DNA of 64,000 nt, taken from NCBI GenBank assembly GCA_951406725.2, contig OX597818.1, positions 23,498,001-23,562,000 of the forward strand, in the 5' to 3' direction. A model generated the notes under the pieces. That model did no database searches. It had not been told where the DNA came from and was given only the letters and a program-made list of their open reading frames with translations. Within the stretch, counting starts at the first letter, position 1; each line of letters begins with the position of its first letter. The stretch comes from Octopus vulgaris (taxonomy: Eukaryota). Positions 51,201 through 62,786 of this stretch are shown here, piece after piece. The translations under genes and the position numbers were made by a program.

Positions 51201-54200
51201 GTTTTCATTTTTTCCTGGCTAAAATTAATATTGCCTGCTAGTTTATTCTGGGATATTGCATCTATGTTTCATTTACTAAGGAGTTTGATTTCACTTATTT
51301 AATACCCTTAAAACCAAAATAAAACATTGAAGATTACTTGAAAAAAAAAAACTTTTTAAATACCATTATAAATCTTATTGCTTGTTTGTTTTTGTTGTTT
51401 TAAAAACAATTGAGACTCAAACTGAAAATTATTTCCTGTTTGGTATTATATATTGCTTTCAGTAATTTTTATTTACAAATAAAATCCTGCATGATTCTTT
51501 CCAATTGAAAACATTTTTCAGAATTGCTTTAACAATTTACATAGGTTTCTGTAAATAATTCTAACTTTGCTGTTATCAACAGAATTAACCATTTTGTTAC
51601 CATATTCCTTTTGAGATATTTTGTGTTTGTTTCAATTAATTTTAAATATAACAAATAATTTAGTAAAACAATTTTGGTATTACGTTTAAATATTTGTTGT
51701 GCAAGATTTTTTATGTGAAGTCGTGTGTTGAAACAGATATTGTTATATTTCGGAATGGTCATATTGCCAGTTTAGCCAATAAAAACACACGCACTATATA
51801 TTTGGTGTTATTTTGCTTCAGTGATATTTATTTATTTTTTTGATATTATTAAGCTAGTGTTAGGAACATAAGTTAAGACCAAATTCTAGTGGAAAATTTT
51901 AACTCAGAACTTTTGAATTTGTACTACAGAGCCAGGGGTGGTCTCAGGCAGGCTCATATCAAAAGAGTTAAGCAAACATGACTAACATTCAGAAATAATG
52001 TCCTCATAGTCTAATAGTTAGGCTGTTGTCTAGAGATAGCTGCTTTTGCTATTTTAATTTTAAGATCAAGGTATCTTCTTTTATTGGGCAAGTCATAGTT
52101 ATCAACCTTGAAAGTTTTAAAAACTTTTAGAAATAATGTAGCAAATAATAAACATGAAAAGGAAGGGTTATAGTGTAATTAAAGCAACCTAATCAAGTAT
52201 GTACTGATACTCAAATTATGTATGTTACTGATACTCAGATAATGAATAAGGAAGGTATTTTGAATTAGATGATTATACAGATGACTCATTAAAATGACAG
52301 ACATGTACAAAACTTTACTTTTTCATCAACAACTTTCAGTGGCTATAATACAAGGAAACATGACTTGTATAAGGAACAGCATACAACCCACACAATATTT
52401 GTTTGTGGGTGGAAATTCTCTAATTAAAGAAAGTATATATTTATAAAATGTGTCTCAGTCAATTTGACACTAAATAGTGAAAGTAATGTCAGGACAGCAG
52501 TGGTATAACAGAATTGGTGAAGCTTCTTGCAGTATTTAGTTACAGTCCTTTTTATACAAAGAACACTGCATGAAAATCTCAGATAAAGCTTTCAGAACTA
52601 CATAGCAGTAAGCTACAAGTGACCTAGAACTTATAAGTTATATATAGCATACACATTTTGTAAATATTTTTGTCATTAAATGCCACTAAAATAAAAAGTT
52701 ATTGTAGAACTATTTAAATATGAAAAAACTAAAATTATTTACATTAGCTCATTTCTTTTTACAGCAAGGCTTTTAAAAAAAAGCGATAATTATGTCTTCA
52801 TTATAACTGACTCAGATTTTCTAAAAGATACCATGTTGTGCATTAATATTAGTATAAATTGCTAAATAAATATTTAGCAAAGACACTAGTATGTCCTGAT
52901 GAATAATCAGTTAGTCTTGAAACAGCTTTATGGGAAATTCTGTTTATTTTTCCATGTATGTATACAAAACTAGATGTTTTTACATTAGATCAGGGGTCCC
53001 CAAACTTTTTAGAGCATCGACCCCTTCATGGAATCTTTGACCTCTCATCGACCCCACAGGCATATACAAGAAAATAAATAAATAATAATCAAATAGATGT
53101 GCATTTATCAACCCCTTGAATAGTCCCATCAACTCCCAGGGGTCGATATCGACCATTTTGGAGACCCCTGCATTATTAGATCATACTTTTATAGTGAGAT
53201 TTTAAACCAAACTGTAGGTATTGTACTTGTCTAAGGCTTTTTTTTAATGGCTCAACTAAAACCTCGTAATTTTTATTTGTATTACAAAACTTATATTACA
53301 TCCATTTTTTTTATTTTGCAGTGGCTTCATTGTTCTTTGCATGTAAGCCAAGAACTTGAACATCTTTATCCCAATAGTCATTCTCAGCCAATCCTCTCAA
53401 GAGAATCAGCACCAGGACTTATAATTGCTGCTGGTACTGTTGGTAGTCGTATCAAACAGTATAACCAAAATGTATTCCTGTCAGTAGATGCTGGCCTTAC
53501 TTGGCATGAGGTGAGAAAGTAATCTTATTTTTCTTGCTCTAAAATGCATGCACACACATACACACACACATTTTGAGAGCAATAAAAATGTGTGAAGAAA
53601 TTTTTTTTTAACCTTCCCCATCTTACTTGTTTTGTAGAAGTTACATGTATTTTATAAAAGTAATTTAACCCTGCTTATGAATTAATAGCTCAAATTTTGG
53701 GGTTCTAAATTTGTTGCTGGTGCTCTGAATGAGGTCTCAAAAGTTTCATTTGCTCTGTCACAGTAATGTTAATTTATGAAATGCTGAAGTTGCTACACAC
53801 TGAGTAAAAGTTCTCAGGAAATAACAGCTATTATTTAAAGTAGCCACTTTAATGAAATCACTTGAACCAGCTAAGAAATATAAACTACCAACAGGTAATT
53901 TAGAGTAAATTACATGCAATGAGTTCTTGTCAAACTATCAGGTCATCTCATAAGTTCTGTCTGATTTTACCTTTTTTAAAATTGAATGAAATTTTATAGT
54001 ATTTTAGAATGTCTAATGGAATTAAAAATTATTTTTATGCATTTGTGTACATTTAAACTAATTAAATATTATTTTACAGAATAATAGAATTGAAATTTCT
54101 TTGATTAAAACCCTTTCTAACATAATAGTATCCAAAGAGCATTTGAGGCACATAATCAAATGTTGAATGTCATAAACAATGGCTTGGTAAAAGGGAAAAA

Positions 54201-57200
54201 AGTTCAGCCACAACCAAGAAGGGAACTTCATGGGAAAAGGTTCTTCTCTCTATCTGGTGGGATTGCAAAGGAGTAATTCACTTTAAATTATTACCACCTA
54301 ATACAATAATCAATGCTCAAGTCTACTGTCAGCAATTAGGGCATTTGAACCAAGCTTTGAAGAAGAAAAGACCCACTTTAGGGAATCGTGAAGGAGTGAT
54401 GTTTCATCAGGACAATGCGTGACCCCACACTGCAAAGATCACATCACAGAAGATCAAAGAGCTTGGTTGGGAAAAAATTCCTCATCCACCTTATTCTCCC
54501 AACCTTGTTCCTTCAGACTACCATTTGTTTCATAGTTTACAGAATCATTTAGGAGACATAACTTTCACAAGTCAGGAGGAGGTCGAAACTGACATTTCAG
54601 AGTTCTTCACTTTGAAACCAAAAGAGTTTTACATTGATAGGATTAAAATAGATGGAAGGAAGTCATAGATAATCAGGGAAAGTACATTGATGATTAAATT
54701 TCAATTCAATATAACATTTGATCACTTGTTTTCTTTATTCAAAATTTGTAGAGAACTTATGAGATGACCTGATATCTCATTTTGTTTTTAATGTTCACTT
54801 AGCAATGTGTGTACTTTTTTCTTTATAGATCTTACTGGACAAGCATTATTTCATCTTTGGGGACCATGGTGGACTTATTGTGGCCATTAAGCAGTCTGCA
54901 CTTACAGACACAATACTGTACGTAAACAGTTTCTTTTTAATATTCACATGTCAATGTTGAACGTTTTGTTCTTTGGTTGCATAAGCTTATACATATTTGT
55001 ACATACTGTCTTACTTTAACTGTATAAATTACCTATAAGTGAGTATGTGCTAGATTCTGTTTAACTGAAGTTATATTCTAACCCTAAACTTACAGTATGG
55101 TAACCTCTTAATTTATACTCAAACTCCAATGAGGTTGGTATTGGTTTGTGGCCACAAGACTTGTGTAGTAAACTCAGTAAAGAGAGTACAGTGAATTTGC
55201 CATGGGGAATGTAAAATCCAACATTTTGTTCAGGGAAAAGTTGACAGGAGAGAAATTGAGAGACATCTTCTTAGTTAAAATAAAAATAAATAAATAAATA
55301 AATAACCTTTTATTGTATGTGTAGATTTGGCTTTCACTTTATGCATGCAGTTTTCCATTACTTTCTTATGAAATGATACCTAAACAGCCATAAGCACATT
55401 CTAGTGTGTGTGTGTGTGTGTGTGTTAGCTCCATATAGTGGCATCTTTCAATAGATAACCTCAGTGATTTATTTATTTATTAAACATGCTAATTTTTCAC
55501 AGCCACCTTATGTACAACATTGTACATCTGCTAAGTACCTGGAAAAATATGCTTCACTGAGGTCTAATAATATACCCTGTCCACTCCTTTTCAGTTTAAA
55601 TAGCAATTGATATTATAGATATTCACTGATATCTATCTTGTTAAAAATTATAGGCCTTTTAAACATGCTCTTTGGAAGAAATTTTTCTTCCAATAAAAAA
55701 TTTAGGCCTTTTCATTTTTAGATTATTTAATCTAAGAGTATTTTCTGCCACTGTGTTGAAAATGTCCAAGTTACACAAGAATATTATATGCAATAATTTT
55801 TATACAGATATTCATTTTTACAATCATATTGAAAAAGATTTTTTTTAAAAATCACTTTTGAGAAAACCATCTCCTTTTGACACTATAATGTCATACATCT
55901 TTTTACTTATGAACAGCAATGAAAAATATACCAAATATCATTATATTAGAAAATGATTAATTTTATTTGTTTTATTTTAGACATTATTTGTATATTTATT
56001 TGAAAATGTCATCACACTTACATTAACAACTTGATTGCAGAGACTGGCCTGGAATATATCCAGGACCGAGGTGTGTGGTGAGTGGACTTTGTTGCCTCGA
56101 CCTGGGTTGGAAGCTGGCCTTTTAAAAAAAAAAGAGATTATTTATTTGTTTATTTATTTTACATACCAGTTATTCCTGGAACAATGGTGAAACCTGGACG
56201 TCATTAAAATTTACTGACCGAAAGATTTGGGTGTATGGTTTATTGACTGAACCAGGTGAAAAAACCACAGTGTTTTCAATTTTTGGATCATATGCAGAAA
56301 AACACGAGTGGCTAATTGTTCAAGTCAATCTGAGCTCTATCTTCAGTAAGTATATTTTTTTTATCACCTTTATTAATTTCTGTTTCAGTACAGTTTCAAA
56401 AAATACCTCAGTATCTATTATTGAACCACACTTTAAATCTCTGTTTACAATGAATTTCTTGCTGATTTTAATAGAAGCTAATATGTCCAATGTATAATTT
56501 TAAATGTTGTTCTCCAGGTCAGCCTTGATTTAGCTGACTTATGATTGAAGGCATTCCAATATTAACCATCTTCTTCCCCCTCCCCAATTATAATGTCTTT
56601 TTTGAAGATGGTAAGATGTAATTTGAGGTTGGTTTTGGCTACTATTTCCAGTAGATCAAGAAATTACATTGAGGTTGAGGAACACAAGAGCAATGTGAGA
56701 AGGCAACCAATTCCAGAGAGATGCAGTGTTTAATACTGAGACTGGGGTGATGCACTCTAAGGATGTTGAAGCAGCAGCTGCATCAAGTGGGCTGTCATTG
56801 GAGGCTAATGTAGAGTTTTGCAAGAGGAATAGATTGCCTAGGCTATGATTTCAGGGAGATTTGGTTGCTAGTTCAAGCAGGTCAATTAACCATGTAAAGT
56901 TTCCATTGTTTGTTTCAATCAGTTCATAGCTGTTTAGACCAACGTCAGCTCTTATAAAACAGACTGATGATAAAAAGCATTCTATCCTTGACCATCCTCT
57001 CAATGTGGCTGCAATACTAGTAGTTTAAGTCTATTTGCAAAAGCTGTCAACCCACCATTAACTCAACTAGTAATTGTCCCTTACCCATGCTTGATCTGAT
57101 TATTTAATCAACTGAACATCATAATTACTCTTTTATGCTCATAACTCTACTGAACATTGTTGGTGTTTTCTTGCAATTTCTCAATATTCTCCTTTCACAA

Positions 57201-60200
57201 ATAGCTCAAAGCTGAAGGCATATGCTGGTCTTCTTATCTTTATGTTTTCAAAATATATGAAAACATACATACTTATGCAGATATATTCACATGTAAATAC
57301 ACACTACTGCAGATATGTATAGGTGCTCAATTACACATGCTCTAGTATGCACCACACCCTCTTTATCTCTCTCTCTCTCTCTCTCTCCTTCCTCTCTCTC
57401 TGTGCCTCTCTCATTAATGTATTAATATAGGTATGAAAGTTTTTGAACAATTCAGCCCTTTGCTATCTGTAATTTATAGTCAAACTGTAATTTCTTTTTT
57501 AATTTCATCCTCAGAGTCTGTTTGCAGCAAGGAAGATTACAAACAGTGGTCTTTGTCTGATACTCTGAAAGAAACTGAAGGAATCAGGGGGTGTCTATTA
57601 GGAAGAAAAGATATCATTGAAAAACGTGTCCCGCATGCAAAATGTTACAATGGAGAAGAATACATACGTCCAATAATTACAAAGAATTGCACTTGTACAA
57701 GGGAAGATTTTGAATGGTTTGTATGCAATTTGGTATTCAGTATTTCATTCAAAAATACATTTTGTATTCAACTTATTTAATACAAGATGCAGCATATATT
57801 AAATGAGTTGTTAAATCTATTACATTATTAGTTGTTTTATTTCATTATTTCTTATTTGGGATACAGTATTATTCCATGTGTACTATATTGTGCATTCCAA
57901 GACTGGCAACAAGAAAGTGTGGAGTGGGAAATAACTTGCTTGTTTAATAAATTCTTCCTCACTTACAATGTTCCAGTGTGAACCTACCATTGGCACACGT
58001 CTTTGTTTCTTTTATCATTCAGGTGGCAGAAACAGTAGGAGCTGTACTGAATGTCATAGAGTGTTTTAGTTTTGTCTTTATGTTTCTTAATTCAAATCTT
58101 TATGAGCCTGACATTACTTTTTCTTTTCCATCAATAATTTAAAATATCAAACTAGAATCAATTAAGTTGACTGTACACCTTAAACCTCAAATTTTGATTG
58201 TAATCAAAATAAGTTCACTACACAACTGTAAATATTATTTTTTTCTTACATTTGAGAGGAAAATGTCTTTCACTTTAAGTTTTCTTGTGTCTCACTCAAT
58301 GTCCATACATTGCCCCACCACCCATCAGTGTGTCTCTGGCTCTCTTCTCTATCTTCATTTTTCATACATATAACTAAATCTGTAGTATATATATATATGG
58401 TGATGATAATGATGATGCTACATGTATGTTATTTTTATTTCCACTTTCAGTGATTATGGCTTTAAATTAAGATCTCGACACAGCCTGACCTGTGAAACTG
58501 ATCCCAATTCAGACCTTGATATACATAAAATACCAAGTCCTTGCTATCCTGGAACCTACTATTCTTACACCAAAGGGTTTGTACTTACATTTTTTAAATT
58601 GAAATTTAAGCATACACAATATACAATAGAACCTCGCAGTACCAGTGCTCCATTGTACAGGTAATTTGCTGTACGAGCCAAGACTCATGCAAATTTTTGT
58701 CTTGAAGTACGAGTGGGAATCCACAATACAAGCACACAAATCATCCCATCTTTAAGGTAATTCAGTTAATAAAACCAGTTTGCATATTTCTTTTGCATTC
58801 TCTTTTTTTATAATTGCCATTTCACTTGTAACTACACCTTTTATTTCAAAACCCATAAAAAATTATTTTTGAGTGGTTTTGTGGGGCTGGAAACGCTTAA
58901 TTGTATTTTGATTAATTTCAATGAGGAAAATTTGTTTGTAAAATGAGTAAATCATAAGACAAGCTTGGTCATGGAACAAATTAAACTCGTACTGCGAGGT
59001 ATCACTGTATTGTATTTTGCTTTTCTACATTCTGTCCTCTGGAAAATATTTTCTCGTCTGTTTTATTTTTAAAAAATTGAGATTAAACAGTGGTCTTTTG
59101 GATTTAATTACTCAGAAATTACTAGATTGTATGTGCCATTCCCAGTAACAATCTCTCTCTCTCTCTCTTGCACATACACACAAATACCTTATACATTGAT
59201 GTCTGTTTACAAATTCACTATGTTATTTCATTCCCCTTTGCTTTCCGTTATCAACTAAGATGTATGCATAACTATTTTATTTGTGTTTTGCCAGTTACCG
59301 TCGTATTGCTGGTGATAGCTGCAAAGGTGGAATGGAGGCAATATATGCCCCACAAATGAATTCTTGTCCAGTCAAAGGTAATACAACTTTTCTTTGTATG
59401 AAATAAACTTCAAGTGCTAAGAAGCATTTGGGTTACTGTTTTTATCATCCCACATGACTTCAGCTAGCCTTGTTTAAATAGATAGTAATAAATCATGTAA
59501 AGTATGATAAAGTAAATCTCAAATTTTTTCTTAATGACATAGCTATGACTGTATATGTTTGAAAAGCCTGCTTCCCAACCTCATGGTTCTGGGTTCAGTC
59601 CCAACACATGGTACTTTGCGCAAGCTGACCAAAGCTTTGTGAGTGGATTTGGTTGATAGTAAATGAAAGAAGCCCGTGATGAATGACACTACTTGTATGA
59701 CAGTGACAGTCATTTACAACTATCATTCAATGTCAAGACAAAGAGACAAACATTCAGCCCCCATGCATCTGCATATATGGGTGGGTGGGTGTGTGTGTGT
59801 TACTGTCTCCCTGCCATGATATCACATGATAGTTGTAAATGAGTGTCACTATCATCCAAATAGTGTCCTTTGTTTCTGATCTTTCCTTGGTCATGGAGAA
59901 ATATTGCTTTACTTGGAAGCAGGTGAGGAAATATTTCTCCATGATCAGTGAAGGCATCTGGCCATAGAAAATCCACTCCAACAAATTCCATTTGACCCAT
60001 ATGAGCATGGTAAAGTGGGCTTTAAAATGATGGTGATGGTTGTTGTGTTTCTTATACATAATTTATATAGACATAGATCTAGCTGAAATATTGAGGCCTG
60101 GCAGTTTTGAAATATTTATAGGGTTATGTAGTGAGATGTTAGTAATGTTGTATAATATAGTGTTTTAGACTGTTATACTTCAAGTAAACATTAATTACAG

Positions 60201-62747
60201 CTTCAGGCTGTAATTCTTTCTAATATTACCAGTCCATGTTGTAAAGTGGTTGGCATTAGGAAGGACATTTTTGTTGTATAGGATATACATGCACACACAT
60301 ACATTTATATATACAAGCATTAAATATTTTTATTTCAGAAATTCCTGAATTCCTTTTGTATGCTCAACGCAAAATGATTCATCGATATGAATTTGGCTCC
60401 CAGAAAAATGACATCCTTGTACAAAGAGGCATCCTTGATGCTGTAGTTTTTGATTTTGACAAAGAAGACAACTGTATCTACTGGGGAGACTTGGCTTTGA
60501 ACACTATAACGGTTGGTTTAAATTGCCTTAATAACATTGTGTTTCTTCCTCTCAGTATAGCTATGCTTTTAGTTATCCTCTCTCTTTATTAACTAACTTT
60601 CATGTGCTTTTGTTTTTCTCTTATGCTGTCTTTTCTTTTTCCTTTATAATAATTTCTATTATCCTTTACATTCATGGTCTGTTCCAATTGCTTTTACTCT
60701 TGCTAAGATATTATTTAGTAGTCTCGATTCTTCCATTTTTTTTTTTTTTCTTCTTCTCTCATCTCTTTTCTTCACTTGTCTTTATTTTCATACTCACAAA
60801 ACCCACTAACTTTCAACATACTCTACTTTCAGAGACTCTGTTTAGATGGAAACCATAGCCTTGAGGTTCTTATTGAAAAAGATGTTTCTGGCATTGAAGG
60901 AATGGCTTTTGACTGGAGTTCTGGCAATATCTATTGGATTGATTCTGGGGCTCGCAAGCTCGAAGTCGTGCATAAAACTGGCCGTTTCAGGAGAACACTT
61001 CTTAGTGGAAGTGAAAACCTGGATAAACCTCGATCAATTGCTCTTAAACCACACTATGGGTACATATATTTATTATTATTTTAGCAAAAGCTTGTGTGAG
61101 TAACTTAGCTGAAATCAATAATTAGTAGATTTCAGATATCTCAAAGATCAATGTGGACATTGGATATGGGCCATGTGAGAGTAGTGATAACTGTGTTTAC
61201 CAGGATAAAAAGACATAATTATTACCATAAGAAAACTTTGTATTAAAACAAAAAGGAAATTGTAATGTTAGTTTTGCTAAGTTGTTTTACCTCTCATTAA
61301 GTCATATAAATCTGGTCAGCATACTTTCTTAATAGTCAGGTTTCTGTCCAACTTTACAGTTGAATGATTAGCAGCAGCAAGAACATCAAGCTGTAAAGAA
61401 TACAAATGCTCGAGCAGTATACATATTTAGAAAACTGTCCCACCCATTGATACTGTACATAAATGAATGGTAAAATGCATTCCTAAAAATGTCTTTCCTA
61501 TGCTCCTTGTATTTATGTTATACTTAGATCAAAACTGTAAGCATAAGAGAAATCCTAATATTAGGTACATCCCATAACTGCTGTCTCTCTCTCCTACTGT
61601 TACTGGCCAGGTTTGAACCCTGAAAATAAATCTTTGTTGATCTAACAAATGATTTCTTTTATTTGATTTTTCTAACAGCTACCTCTATTGGACAGACTGG
61701 TCATCAACTAACCCACGTATAGTCAAAGCCAGTATGGACTGCCGCAACATCACTAATATAGTTGAGGGCAAAGATAATTTGGTTTGGCCCAATGGCATTA
61801 CTATTGATCACCAGATGGGACGATTGTACTGGACAGATGCCTTTCTGGATCAAATTGTCTCTTCAGATTTAGATGGCAATGACCGAAAGGCCATAGTAAA
61901 AGGCAATGAAATCCCACACCCCTATGCTATTGTGGTGTATAAGGTATGTCACCATAGTGTTGTCATTTCTATTCTTTTTGTTTTTCAACTGCTTGTTCAA
62001 TCAAGCACACAAGTAGAATTACTCACAACTTCATGGTTGTATTCATAAATCTATATTAATTCACTAGTAGAGATACCCGGCGTTGCTCGGGATTAAGATT
62101 ATACACACACACGTGCACACATAGTGTTGTCATTTCTATTCTTTTTGTTTTTTAACTGCTTGTTCAATCAAGCACACAAATAGAATTACTCACAACTTCA
62201 TGGTTGTATTCATAAATCTATATTAATTCACTAGTAAAGATACCCGTCATTGCTTGGGATTAAGATTATACACACACACATGTGCACACATATTGTTGTC
62301 ATTTCTATTCTTATTGTTTTTTAACTGCTTGTTCAATCAAGCACACAAATAGAATTACTCACAATTTCATGGTTGTATTCATAAATCTATATTAATTCAC
62401 TAGTAGAGATACCCGGCGTTGCTCAGGATTAAGATTATACACACACACACATGTGCACACATAGGTACATACACACATACATACATATGCATTCACACAT
62501 ATGTGCATGTGTACGTATATGTATATACGTGCATGTGTATATACATTTACCTTTATGTATTTTTTGTATGAGTGTATGGGGGTGTACACATACGTGTATA
62601 GATATGTGTATGTGTAGGTATATATAAGTATATCCATATGTGGGTATGTATATGTAGGTGTGTACACAATATATATGTGTATACATATGCATGTGTATGT
62701 ATATATATATATATATATGTATGTGTATGCACATTTTATTTCATTTG

Positions 62748-62786
<39 letters not shown>

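Noticed and set aside
61740-61742. Cys at the usual Gly of the YWTD MDG motif (MDCRN)
   Set aside because: A single substitution; it cannot be distinguished from tolerated variation or sequence error without orthologues.
61954-62460. CRISPR-like array
   Set aside because: Eukaryotic intron; whole units are repeated with no unique spacers.
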